Source of the DNA: Hydrolagus colliei
Lineage: Eukaryota
Reading direction: 5' to 3'
Length of the DNA: 64,000 bases
NCBI GenBank assembly: GCA_035084275.1
Contig: CM068761.1
Coordinates: 8,370,001 to 8,434,000 of the forward strand
In this document: piece after piece, positions 22,583 to 35,890 of the stretch
Layout: every line of letters begins with the position of its first letter
Position numbering within the stretch: the stretch's first letter is position 1
Program-made: the position numbers and the translations under genes
The notes under the pieces: generated by a model
Told to the model about the DNA's origin: nothing
The model's database searches: none
The model's input: the letters and a program-made list of their open reading frames with translations, nothing else

Positions 22583-25254
22583 ATCTGCAATTTGCAGTGC
22601 TGGCCGAATATATCTTTGGCAATCTGACTTCAATTATAATAAATGTGTTTGTGATCGTTTGGAAATCATGATCATTTTGTCAGGAATGCCCAACTTGGGA
22701 AACAAATTCGCTTTGTAAACACTTTCGGTAGATATCCCGACAGGAGTAAAGAAGCTCTTAGATGTTTTAAGTATTGTACTGAAACCCCAGCAATAAAAAA
22801 TCTCAGTTTGCCTGAATCGAATGCTTGCATTTTACAGTGTATTCATGCTGCAACGATGAAGCCCCTTGTACAACATTAGAGAAATAACAAATACCGCATC
22901 TTAGTAAAATGACTCTTTCATGGTTCTCTGTTCCGTGGCTCTTTTACTTCCATTCCTTCTCTTGATTTTATTCATTTTGTTTCGCGTATCTCAAGATTTA
23001 GTTTTATATGAATGTTTAGATTTTTTTTAGGTAAACACACACCAGCGTTTGTAGACTGTCATCCAATGGGAAAATACATATTTCGTCTAGAAATTGTAGA
23101 CGCAAGGGAACGTAAATACCTTGATGCCTCATGCTTCCCCAGCGGCCGGGCAGCAAGCCCGTAGTTAGTTTAGATACTCAAACGGTTGTATTTTAAAATG
23201 AAAAATTTATCGTGGAGAATTTTGAGCTAAAATAACTTCGGTCGTTATCCGGGAGCCGTTTCATGTCGTGTTTTGAAAGGGAAACAGGTTTCAAATTCAA
23301 CTGAAAATAAAGTGAATTTACTTTTAAGCATTTTAAGTAAATATTAAATGTTAAGCCATGAACCGTTAACACGCTAAGCAAAAGTGAAATGTCTGCCCCA
23401 ATAATGGTATACATCGACACTGGATTTGGGATCTATTTCACTGAGATGCTTTTGACACTAGCCCCTACTCCCTCACCTCTCAAGCTAACCAATGTCTACA
23501 GAACTACATAAATATATATATGACCATACACATAAGGCAATCATTATGCCAAGCTTTCATATTGCTTAAAGACGTGAAAAGATATTGAAAAGATATATGT
23601 CCATCAGCCAACCAAGTACACATGAAACGAGTTAATGTGCCATTCCCCCAGTTACTGCACCAACCCCCCATCCACCCACCCCCAGTATATCCCAAGCCGC
23701 CAAACCTGCTGTTGAGAAACCAGCTTCCTCTTCGCAGGATTTTATGGAGTTTTTAAACAACTGCGGGTGTCATTGCAGTTTGTTTCAATCGTTTGTTGCA
23801 ACCTTTAAATCGATGGGCATTACACCATGTATTGTTGTTGTATATTTTCAGATCAAAATTGAAACAAATAATACTAATAATAATCATTGCATTTGGTATA
23901 AAACAATATATTATTGAAATTGAACTATGATGAAAGATAACTTTTAACATAGTTCAATTTCAATAATATATTGTTTTATACCAAATGCAGACAATAACAT
24001 ATCGGCCATGTCCCAGTGGCAGTAGGTAATGACGTAATAGAATAGTTTATTTTAAAAACTTTAATAAACTTCTAAAATCGTGAGCGTACGAATCTGGTAT
24101 ACAATTCAACCATTGAATAATACAATATTGAAGTATGAGTTGGGAGAAATTACCAGTAAGAATAGTACAATTGAATGTGTCAATAAGACCAATGACTGTC
24201 GAAACATTCAATACAATCGACAGAAAGCGGAGTGTTTTCTACATTCACAAGATATAGTCTGCTGTTCACTCAATCTGAGAATTTGCATCTATTCGTGGTT
24301 ATGAATGGTTATCAGAACCAACCAGGTCGGACATCCACGTTGACGCATTCTGAATCATGCCCTAATTTGTGAGTCAAAACTGCAAGTGTTGATGGTTCTT
24401 TATTTGGGAGGGAGATTCAAAAAAGTTACTTTGGCTGTTCTTCAGCAACGTTTTATATTTTAGTTTAATGGCCACCATGCCCGTAGTCCACTGAGAATAC
24501 ATTTTCATACGGCATGAAGTGTTGGTTTTGGATAACGATATTTAGAAATTCGCTTTAACGATCAAAACCAACCAACATAATACGTTTATGTATTTATCAA
24601 ATTTCTTGCTTGAACATCATTGCAAAGACTTCAGCTGATGGCAGCCATGTGAACTAAGACTGCCTCATCGTCCAACAAAGTCTGCAATCGCAGAGAAGAT
24701 TTGTTCTGGTCAGTCGGGATTTATAACCATTACAGTAACCCATCAATATATTTATAATGATCAATATAATAGGGAGAATTCACCAGTACAGACCGCCAGA
24801 ATGGTGATCTGTTACACACCATCTATTATCATAAAGATACCAAACTGGAATGTACAAGTAGTAGAATTCATGTGGCTATCCAAAGTGATTACAAGAAAGA
24901 AATTATGAACTCAGGTAGATCAGCAAATATATCGATCTGCAAATTTAATGCGGGTAATATGTAGCAGCAATTACTCTATGTAAAGTCATGTTGATGCAAG
25001 TTGTTGTTGTTGCTTTTCATCAATGTGACGACCAAATTTTGCAGTTTTATGATTCATAGTATTGTCGCTCTTCTTGTTTATACGAGAAATAAAAGAACCG
25101 CTTCCGTTATCTTCCTGAATATTTGAGTAGAAATTCCACGTGCATCTATTGAACTACAGAAAGTGGTTCTCGAAGTTAAATATGAATTGATCAGGTTGAC
25201 AATTTATGCAAACTTTAGAATGCTACATTAATAGAGTATATTTCGTATCTTATA

Positions 25255-25599
25255 ATAATGATATTAATCCTTGTTTTTAATATAGCGCTTTTCACATCTC
25301 ATCGACGTCCCAAAGTGCGTCACAGAATATACTGTAAAGTGAATTGACTGTATATTTGTGGGCGAAACGCGGCAGCCAATTGCGCACAGCAGCATCCCAC
25401 AAACAGTCGTGGATTGAAATGACCAATTTTATTATTGTGTTTTTTTTTAGGGATTATTATTAGGCGTGTGGACTCTGTGGAGTAAGGAAACTTGCCCAAG
25501 GTTTCGCCCTGACCTTCCTAGGTTCGACCATAGGTCTCCCCAGCATGGTCTCCTCAGCTTGCAAGATAAATGCTCTAACCACTGAGCCACAGGAGCTCC
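25255..25599 (-). mobile_element. Near-complete tRNA-derived SINE with conserved core and L2-type 3' tail (DeuSINE-like)
   Basis: tRNA head GGAGCTCCTGTGGCTCAGTGGTTAGAGC, core GCTGTGCGCAATTGGCTGCCGCGTTTC, tail GTGAAAAGCGCTATA; the same core recurs many times in the window. Confidence 0.7.
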
Positions 25600-26907
25600 A
25601 CATCTAGTATTTCTTGTACCCACCTTGTATTTCGATCCAAATCTTCTCACATTTTGACAGATGAGATATAGACAGAATCAGGGCTAGGAGCTGAAGAATC
25701 GTATTAAATACACAGCTTTTAATGTTTCATCAGAAAAAGCAGCCGCTGCAATTCATTGTAGCACTGATCTGGCTGTGATTCACACAGGGGCGACTCCCGA
25801 CTGTTTTAAAGGGAACAAACTCGAAAAAATGTGTGGACAACCAGTGTGCAGATTTTATTTTGTATTTTGTTTTGAATTGGTATCATAACAAATATATTTA
25901 TCAATATATACGTTTTCAAAAATCTTACACGTATCTTATTTCCTACCACGACTGTCTCCAGGTAAATCCTTTCGATCGAATAAGAAATAACTACCAAAAA
26001 GTCAAAACAAACCCAAATATGTCTATCTGTGTGTGCGGGGGATAGGTAATAGCAAATGACAATCGCTCTTAAAAATATCAGATGTAATAACATGAAGTAA
26101 CCATCTTGTATTTGTGCCAGGTTGAATGGTAATTTCCCTGGGACTGGAATGGAATCCTGAGGCTCCTCACTCTCCCCCTCTTTCCATTTCCCTCACACCA
26201 CTTACCTTATTGTGGAAAGTATTAGCTCCACGTGGGCGACAGTCAAGGCATGGCCACGGGATTTGCCATTTGTGGCGTTGCGGTGGCGATGCCTTGACTG
26301 TAGAGGCCAAACACTGTATGTGATAACCCCCTGTCTGTTGCTGTTCCCCAGGCTGGCTGATCAAGAGAGAGGTCGCTGTATTCATTGTTTATAACTTTGC
26401 CTGAAAGAAATGTTCGTTCATCATCGGGGAATGTCAATCGCGCTATTATTCTGCTGTTAAACATATCACATCTGCAGTGAGGCATGGTGCAGTAAAGGGA
26501 ACCCTAACGTGAGGGCAGGGCTGGTATCTGCCGCAAGGTGATTTGGAGAATTTATTTCAGAAATCGAGAAACCGTATAAACAATGTGGGGAACCCTGTCA
26601 CCGGCTGTGAAGTGTGACTTGCACGGCAGGGTTTGTATCAGTTCAGGTGTGGCTTGTCAGTGTGTAAACTGTAACTGAATGAAAAGATGAAACTTTCCCA
26701 ACTACAAATTATCTTTCAACGGAACAAGCTTCACCAGCGCATGATCCTCTTTGAACCTGGGCAAGCGAATCTTGCAGGAATCATACTCTGTAAAACCGTG
26801 AACTATATGAATATTTAAAAGAATAAGGCTTATCCACGATATTGTAAATAATTGAAGTTTGTGCAATGTAAACAAAATGCTCTTTTTTTATACTGGCATC
26901 ATTTTCT

Positions 26908-27185
26908 GATATCCTGTAGCTCAGTGTTTAGAATTACAAGCGAGGGACCTGGATTCGATTCCAGGCAGGGTGAAACTTTGGGCAAGTTTCCTTACTCCAC
27001 ACGCCTGATAAAAATCGCTAAAAAAAATTCATGACTGTTTGCTGGACACTGCTTTGCGCAATTGGCTGCAGCGTTTTGTCCACATATATACAGTCAATTA
27101 ACTTTACAGGATAATCCGTGAAGCGCTATGAGACGCCGAGAAGACGTTAATCGCCATATCAAATAGAGGATTATTATTTATTATT
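26908..27185 (+). mobile_element. tRNA-derived SINE upstream of cluster 2 promoter (paralogue at ~42696-42975)
   Basis: Head CCTGTAGCTCAG..GGATTCGATTCC, same core and tail; same position upstream of cluster 3. Confidence 0.7.
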
Positions 27186-27344
27186 TTTATCATTATTTAA
27201 TCAAACTCTCTAGGGTGAAACATTATGCAGTATTATCATGAAATACCTTTTGAAATCCGGGCGGTAAAATGGTTTAAATCTGCATGATGTTCCATCTGCT
27301 GTTCAGAACAAGGATTCCAATTGAACGATGGGAGCCGGAGGACA

Positions 27345-27352
27345 ATTTGCAT
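27345..27352 (+). promoter_or_regulatory. Ig octamer ATTTGCAT, cluster 2 promoter
   Basis: Exact octamer; E-box CACCTG at 27380-27385. Confidence 0.9.
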
Positions 27353-27476
27353 AATTTATGAATTCAACTGGACTTGCATCACCTGATGGTTCTTAAGGAG
27401 AAGTTTACAATCGAGCAGTAAAGTGGCTTTTGTCTGTGAATCGCTAATTTCTCTGATGTTCATCAAACTGTTCACA

Positions 27477-27525
27477 ATGGGCGATTGGCTCCGAGTTCTG
27501 GCCGCTTTGCTCCTGTGTCTGCATG
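27477..27525 (+). CDS. IGL: Cluster 2 leader exon (MGDWLRVLAALLLCLH)
   Basis: ATG, signal peptide, G|GTAAG donor, 98-bp intron. Confidence 0.93.
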
Positions 27526-27623
27526 GTAAGCGCTGCGGAATCCGCCCTGATCTCAATTACCTTCACTCTGTACAGTGTGACCTGTCTACAGTGTGACTTA
27601 TCTGTGACTTGTTATTTCTCCAG

Positions 27624-27953
27624 GAACAACCGCAGCTGTTACCCTGACTCAGCCACCGTCCATCTCAACCTCCCCGGGAAACACCGTCAAGATCACCTGT
27701 ACCATGTCCGGAGGCAGATTCAATACCTACACGAGCTGGTACCAGCAGAAGCCTGGCAGCGCCCCTGTGCTGCTTATCTATCAGGGCTCAAAACGATTTC
27801 AGGGGATTCCTGATCGATTCACTGGTTCTGTGGACTTATCGAACATGCATTTAACCATCAGCGGTGTGCAGCCGGAGGACGCCGCGGATTATTACTGTTT
27901 TTCCGGGTATGACACTTTCATCTTTGGTAAAGGGACCAATCTGAGTTTGAAAA
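27624..27953 (+). CDS. IGL: Cluster 2 germline-joined VJ exon (CDR3 FSGYDTFI)
   Basis: Open frame with both Cys, WYQQ, YYC, FGKG; donor A|GTAAGT; no RSS. Confidence 0.95.
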
Positions 27954-29673
27954 GTAAGTGATCTAGTTTCGACTTTCGATGATTATTGTGATCTAATTCT
28001 CCTACAGTTTCAACAATAATAAAAACAACAAAAAGCGAACAACATTGCTCTTGTATAGAGCCTTTCACGTGAGGAGGACGTCCAAATATAATTGCATGTT
28101 TGTCTGTATTCGATATTGTTTCACACGCTTTCTGTGATAGTCGCATCTGGTTTCCTAATGATAAACTTTTTATGTGGAAATCAGAAATTTTAAAGAATCA
28201 AACACGCGAAACCTGATCTGAACTGAAATTCTATGAAAAATTTCGACGAATATTACAGCCAACTAACAATGGTAAAAAGGTGGAGAAATGAATTAAATTA
28301 GCCAAGCGGAGTTAACCGTGGTGATATTTATATTTAACAGTCTGAAGGACTGAAGATCTCAGATTCACTGAAGCACCGCTTAGAGATCCTGGTAAAGAAT
28401 GAGCTACACCAGGGAAATGAGTTAACACTTCACACCTGAGATTGAAGTTAAATCTCTTTGCGCCAGATTATTTAATTTCTATGTTTACTTGTTAACCTCT
28501 TTCCCCAGTTTGTCAGCACGAAGTGATATTTAAAAGAATCTCCATCATAAGGAGATCAACAGCATCTTTCCATCTGGTGACTGTCGCTGGGGTCTAATGG
28601 ACCGATTGGTGAGCGGTTCTATCTCAGAGGGAACCGGATTCCATGAAAATAGTGTTCGTCCGTGACTAACTGATCATTTTGAAAATTTAAACTTCTTTGA
28701 GAGTGAGGGGATTGTGTAATTGATGATAGAGAAGAACTGTAGGGGAGTTTGTTCGCAACATCATTATGGTTACAAATCGAATCCATTATTTTCAGAATAA
28801 TTCAAATGTTACAGTCTGCTCCGTGTAATTGCCAACAATCTTTGCATTTTAACATTTTTCGATTCCAGAGTTCTATTCGGATTTCCTCAAACGTTTTATT
28901 TTCTCCCCCTCTATCCCCATTAGAATACATTTGTATTTTTACCATGTATTACGCGCATTTATCTTCAGATTTCTAATTTTATAAACGTACTTTACAATCT
29001 CCCAGTTCCGTGTTTTATGTCACTAAGGGCAGCACCACTGGAGATACTCAATAATATCATGGTTTTCACCACAGGTTGGTGCTGTTGGTCAGATGGGAAT
29101 CATCGATCATTAAAGACAGAGGCTGAGCGCCGGCTCAATCTGGTCAAAATACATTTTCTCTCTTGAAAATTAACTTTATCACTTCCCTCAGGCATCATAT
29201 TAAAGGGATTCCGATTTGTGTGTTGTGTATTGTGATTTGTGTATTGTGCGCTATTAATTATGAATTAAAATCAGCAAATGCGGTGCCAAATAAATTATCG
29301 TGAAATCGGAAGCCCCTCTCTATAACAAATCAAACATTGGGTTCTGATTTTGCTCCTGAATTGTTTTTCAGTGCAGAGTGTTTGGTCAAAAGGAAAACAT
29401 TTATTTTCTTCCTATTTTCAGGTTGTTACTCTCTATACAAACTCTATATTTGAGACGCCTAGAAAACGTCAAGAGCACTATATCAAATGCAAGGATTATT
29501 ATCATTATTATTGTTGAGCTCTCAGCATCAAACTATTGATAGTATAAAATGAATGGTGTGTGATGGTGTACGATGACCCCAACACTCATTGTTCCCTTTA
29601 CATTGCTGCACTTCGATTGTAACTTAAGATGTTAAAAATGAATTTCAACTTTTTTTCCATAATTTTCTAACAG

Positions 29674-29996
29674 AGCCGCGAGGTCCTTCAGTGACTGTCC
29701 TTCCGCCGTCACCAGATCAAATCACAGCAAAGAGCAAGGCGACCCTGGTGTGTCTGGTGAATGATTTTACCCCGGGAGCTGTGGAGGTCAAGTGGACTGT
29801 GGATGGCAGCGCCAGAAGTGAAGGTGTTGAAACGAGTGCGATCAAGCAGGAGGTGGACAACACGTACAGTGTGAGCAGTTATCTGACTCTGCCAGCCTCC
29901 GAGTGGGAGTCACACGAGCTGTATTCCTGTCTGGTCACACACGAGACTCGGGGGACTCAGCTCGAAAGAACCATCGCCAGATCTAGTTGTATCTAA
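29674..29996 (+). CDS. IGL: Cluster 2 constant exon
   Basis: Acceptor AACAG, phase 1; intact C1-set domain ending SSCI*; AATAAA at 30114-30119 and 30311-30316. Confidence 0.95.
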
Positions 29997-31952
29997 ATTA
30001 GGAACATACAGAGCTCGTTGAATGTAAGTTTGGCAATCTACATTAATAATAAGAATTGTGTTAATACTTGTTTGGAATTTAAAGTAGTTTTGCCAGGAAT
30101 GCCCAAATTGAGAAATAAATTCGCTTAAATACCTCCGGTAAATTTGTAACAGAAGGAAAGAAGCTCTTAGATTTTTAAGTAGAGTGTTACAATACGGCAA
30201 CAATAATTTGTCTGTTTGCTGGAATTGAATGGTTGTACTTTACAGTGTGTTCACGCTGCAATAATGAAGCCACCCGTGTAACATTACAGATATAACAAAT
30301 ACTACAGTTTAATAAAATGACTCTTTCATTGCCCTTTGTGCCGTGGCTATTTTTCTTCCATTTCTTCTCTTGGTTTCAGTATTCTTTTGTCTAAACCACG
30401 GAGTTGATTTTATTCATTAAACATACACGCAATACTTATGTGTGTTTGAAATTGATCGCGCAGCATTTTGGAAACATTTTAATCTTGGTGGTTAATTGGG
30501 AACTTTTTCATGTGGTTGTTAAAAACAGCCAACTTTCAAAGTAAATTCAACGTCAATTAAAATTAAAGTGAATTTAAAATATCGCACAATATTCAGTGTT
30601 AAGTCATGATTGTTGTTACAGGCTGAGCACGTGTGAAATGCTCTCCCTCTGTACATCCACCTTGGGTTTGGAAGATAATTCATTGAGATACTTTTGCCCC
30701 CTGCCTCTCCAGCCCGCCAATCTCTATAGAACTAAATCAAAGTATTACTCAAGTACTTCACTAATCATTATGCTGAGGTTTTGTGTTGCCAAAAGGAGTG
30801 ACAACCTATTGAAAGGTTATATGACCATCAGATGCAAATGAAACATCAAAATGTACCCGCTCCGAAGAGCTCATTGTGGAGTTACTCCCCTCCCCACCCC
30901 ATGGCCAAGCCTGCGGTTGAGTAACGTACCAACTTCCGCATTGCAGCCTTTTAACACCTGCAAGTGTCTCTGCAGTTTCCTTCAGTCGTTTAAGCTGCTG
31001 TCAATTCTATTCAATATTTTCATTTTATTGCAAAACATTAAATCGGTACGATATAACCATTAAATAGAACTGTTCCTTGTTGGTAGATATCAAAACAAGT
31101 TTAATCATTGAAATTGAACTATGGTCAGACGAAGCTGGACAACGACTTGTTTGGAATAGACCAATCGCAGCTGGTGCTGATGTCATCGAGATGTTCACAT
31201 AACTCAACTGGAATGAATCCCAAGCTCTGACTAATGTAATAATATAATAGCATATATTTATGGTTGAATTGGGTGAATTGATAGTTTGGAAGAGAATAGT
31301 ATAATTGATTGAACCAATAAAAACAATAAAATGAATGATACACTGAGCAGTGTATCATTCATTTTAGTGAGCGGACCATGTTCTCCATTCACATAATATA
31401 GTTTGCTGCTCTCCTAATCTAAGAATTTGCATTTTTTTATGTTTGCGTTTATGTTTGTGAATGGTTATCACAACCATCCAGGTCCGAGATCCACGTTTAC
31501 ACATTCTGACTCATGCGCTAATTTGTGAGTAAAAACTGTAAGTGTTGATTGTAGTTCATGGAGGAGGAGGATTCAAAAATGTTATCTTGGTCGTCGTTCA
31601 CCACCACTTTATATTCTATTGGTGGGCCTGAAAACACATATTGATACGGCATAAACTTGTGTTTAAATATAACGATACTTAGGAAATCGCTTTAACATAG
31701 TGGATGTAAATCCCTTTAAGTAATTATCAGTACTGGATCTGCCCACGTAACGTTGGGGATGTGATCTTAAAAAAGAACAAAACCTAAATTACCATAGGCC
31801 CCCATACTATCAACAGGTGTTACGTTCCTTCACTACATTTCTGGTTTAAATTTTCTTACACTAACCTTAACTAAAGACCAAAAACAACACCATTAGTATT
31901 GAAAATATAAATGCAATAAAAGTTTAAAGTTTAATAAATGTATAAAGAAGAT

Positions 31953-34900
31953 AACAACAACAAAATTACATTGATAGAGCGCCTGTCATGTCAGGAGGAT
32001 GTCCCAAGGCACTGAACAGTCAGGTCAGGTCCTGATCGGTTATAGGGGGCGTCGGGGGAAGGAGAATAGGAAAGGGGGGAGAGTTAGAAGATGAGGAGAA
32101 GGCACGGTTAAAGAGGAAGGTCTTGAGATCGGCCTTCAAGGAGGAAAGGGAGGAAGAGAGGTGAACTGGTTGTGGGATGGAGTTGCAGAGTGTGAGACAG
32201 AGTGGCTGGGTGGGAGTGATGTGATCGCGGAGCCTAGTGCAGGAGAGTCCACCAGCTCCAGAGTTCTGAATAATCTGCCATAGTCGAGCCTAGATGTGGT
32301 GAAAGTGTGGATGAGTGTTTCAGCAGCATGGGGGATGAGGTAGTGCCGGAGGAGGTGGAAGGCTGTACCGGTCATAGTGCGGATTTGGGGGAGGAAGGAT
32401 AGTTTGGGGTTGAACAAGATGCCCAGATTGCTGACTGGCTTCAAGAGGTGGAGAGTGAAGCCTTGAATGCCTATGTTAGCAGAGGCGCCGACGTGAGCGA
32501 ATCAGGACGGCCTCTGTCTTGTTGATGTTTAGTTGGAGAAAGTTGTCCGTTGTCTAGGACTAAATGATAGACAGACATGCAGTCAGAATGCCATTAGTCC
32601 TGGAGTTGAGGGTGGAAGCGGAAAGGTAGAGTTGGGTGTCATCCCCATATGTAGAAGGTGACACAGAATATACCACCAATTCACCCAGGTCACATGCCCC
32701 TGGCATGCCAGAACAATGATGGCAAGACATGTATTATTCCTAGTTTTGTATTTATATTATAGTTAGTTCCAATCAGGCACCAATTAAAGTAATCTGTCCA
32801 CAACACAGGCATAGTCAGCATCCTTGAGCAAAACGAGAGAAACAACTTATCTACACAACACACAAGGTGCAAATTCCCTTTCGCTGAGACAACCTTGGCT
32901 ACTGCTCCATGCCAATTATCCAAGAAGCGCAATAATAAAGGCGCAAAGGATTGTACTAATTGACAAGTGAATAGTAGGAGAGCCCTCTCAAGGTCTGGGA
33001 AAAGAAGGGAGGCGAACAACGTCCTATAACTCTGGCCATTAGATAGTCTGGTTTTGACATCGCTTCTGGACAATGTACTGGCCAGTAATCAACTGGCCAG
33101 TTGACCAAAAGTTAGTTAATGTTTTACACCAAGTTTTCAGGATCAGGCAGGAACACATAGTCAAGATATGAAACTTGTATTATTTTGATTGGTTGTAAAA
33201 TGCTGCAGTATTGTTACGGGTCATAATAAGAAAAAATAATATAAACCCTTGTAAGTATAGTCTCAGTGGAAGTGCCATTTCGGGCAACATTAGCCTGATT
33301 GGGTGCTTCCCCGTTCAGCTGTAAGTGGTATTCAACTTGTTCTCATATGTGCTACTTGAGTTCCAGTGCTGTGTGAATTAATTCCACAACACATACATGT
33401 GGAAATTTACCACATGTCAGCAGATGATGTCACCGAGGGGAAACATGTAGAGGGTGAGGAGCAGGGGTCCAAGAGCAGAGCCCTGGAGGACGCCACATGT
33501 GACTGTGCGAAGGCTGGAGGAAAAGCCATTAGGGGAGACAAAGTGAAAGCTGCGTGACACATATGGCTGGAACTAATCAAGGACAGAGCCTTGAAGGTTG
33601 AGGAGGGAGGAGAGGCGGGGGAGGAGAAATGAATGGTCAATGGTGTCAAAGGCATTGAGGAGGATGAGGAGGCAGAGGGAGCCCTGGTCGCAGATGGTCA
33701 TGATGTCATTTGTGTCCTTAATCAGAGCAGTTTCCCACTCTGACTGGAGGGGTTCGAAAGGGAGTGGGTTGAGAGGAAAGAGCGGAACTGGGAGCTAACC
33801 ACTGTTTCGCAGAATATAGACAGGAAATGGAAGTTGGAGATGGGATGGTAACTTGAGAGCTGCGACACATCGAGGGAAGGTGTCTTTAGGATCGGGGTGC
33901 TGGTGGCAGTTGTGAGGGGAGTAAGAATGGTGCCAGATGAAAGGGACAGGTTAATGGTGTCTCCCCCAGATGCAAGGGACAGGTTAATTAGTGGGGCTAG
34001 AAGCTGGGTGGTAAGGGGAGGGGTGGGGATCGGGTCAAGGGAGCAGGTGGTGGGCTTAGTGGAGATGGTTTTTGTGATGGAGGATGGGGAGATGCGATGG
34101 AAGGTGTGGAAGGAGGGATGGATAGGAGATAGGGTTTGGGCGGAGGTGGCGAGTGGGTGGAAGTTGGAGGGATGATGAACGCTGAGCGGATTTCCTCAAT
34201 TTTGGACTCAATGAAATCCAGCATCTCCTCACAGTGGGATTTAGAGGAAAGGACCTGCGAGGCAAGGCAAGGTGGTGGGTGGGGGGACGGGGACGACAAT
34301 GGGGGTTTGGAGGATCTGGTTGGTGGTGGAGAAAAGAAGTCGGGGGTTGTACTTCACCTCCAGGATTATCCTAGAGAAGAAGGACGATTTGGTGGAGGCT
34401 AGAGTGGAGCCTAGAATGGAGCGGTAGGACAAAGTGAGGTCCAGCCACATATGCCAGTGGACCGTTAAGCGGGATTTGAAACAGGTGCTTTCAATGGCCC
34501 GCACCTGGCCCTTGAGGAAACGGAGGTGCGTGGTGAACCAGGGTGAGGTTCGGGAGCAGGAGGCAGTTCAGGAGGTGAGGGGGACAAGCACGTCATGTGG
34601 TGGAGGAGAGGGAGTGCAGAGTATAGGTCAGTGCTGAGGGTGGCCAGAGGGAGAGGTGTTTGGAGGACTCCAAGGCAGCAGAGAAAGTTTATGGGGGGAT
34701 CTTCTGCCATGGCCGGTAGAAGATGGTGATTTATTGGGGTGGGGGGGAGAGTGATTGGAGATGGCCTTGTTGGTGACAGTGAGATCAGAGACACTGAAGC
34801 TCAGTGTGATCACCAAGTTAAACGGGTGGCCGTGGACGTGTGTGGCGGAGTGTATGTGGAGGGAGAGGTTGAGAGAGGAGAGGAGGGAGGAGAATTCTGA

Positions 34901-35050
34901 GGAGGTGGAACAAGTGAGGGTGAAGTGGAGGTTGATGTCGTTGAGGATGATGAGATGAAACGTGACATCCGATCGGAGGAGGCGCAGAGGTAAGCTAGGA
35001 GTTGGAGAAGTCAGAGATGAAGGTTTGGGAGAGTCAGTGCTGGAGGTGAT
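31953..35050 (-). mobile_element. Long degenerate L2 LINE (endonuclease to 3' tail) interrupted by a solo LTR
   Basis: EN-like LIILNDINLHF..THVHGHPFNLVIT near 34750-34950, RT fragments, tail at ~31953-32010; paralogous copies at 48113-49040 and 59652-62230. Confidence 0.8.
32650..33391. mobile_element. Solo LTR (742 bp)
   Basis: Begins TGTAG, ends CACAACA; 4-bp TSD CATA (32646-32649, 33392-33395); absent from the paralogous L2 at ~60575. Confidence 0.75.
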
Positions 35051-35890
35051 TAAATGTAGAAATAAGATAAAAAGGCAATTAAGAGAACACTGACAGGAGA
35101 TGGTTGATGTGGTCATTGCAAACACACTCTGGGGATCCGCACAAGAGGTAGGTAGGTAATCCCGCCTCTTTATCCGCCCCCTCCCACTCACTGATCACAT
35201 CCACCATCCCTAGTATGTGTTCCCTTAATAGTATTTATTATCTTATTGATATATTTACTAAACAACTAATATAAAATTTAGTCAGCTAATATCACTTCGA
35301 TTAATCCAATTGCTAATTATTGTTTCTAACTATTTATTAATTCGTCAATGACAAATAATTGAAACGACGAATATTGAGACATATAGCGAGGAGTGCCAGT
35401 ATATACGTGAGGAAAACAAGGTAGCACATTACTCACAGGTGTACTCCACAAACCGCTGGATTTAAATGACCAATATATTATTGTTTTTTTGAGGGATTGT
35501 TAGGTATGTGGTGTCAGGAAATTTGCCCAATGTTTCACCCTTCGTGGAATTGAGCCCAATTCTCTCTCTTTTAAGGCACTTGCTGTATCCACTGAGCTCC
35601 TGGACTGCTCACTTGAAGGGTTTATTATAATGATGACAATAGGAGGCGGCACCATTTCATGCAGATAGATGGATAATCTGTCTGTTATAAACCACATATT
35701 AGAATAAAAAACCCCAAAATACATAGTAAATGTAGCAAATTTTCATACACAATATGCCTAATCCATCAAAAGAGGTAATCATAAATTGGTAACTTCAATG
35801 TGCGACTGTTTGTAGGTCACTGCTGATATGTTTCGCCCACATTTATTCACTTTTTGTTTGAGGGACCTTGTGTAAAGCGCTTTGAGACGT

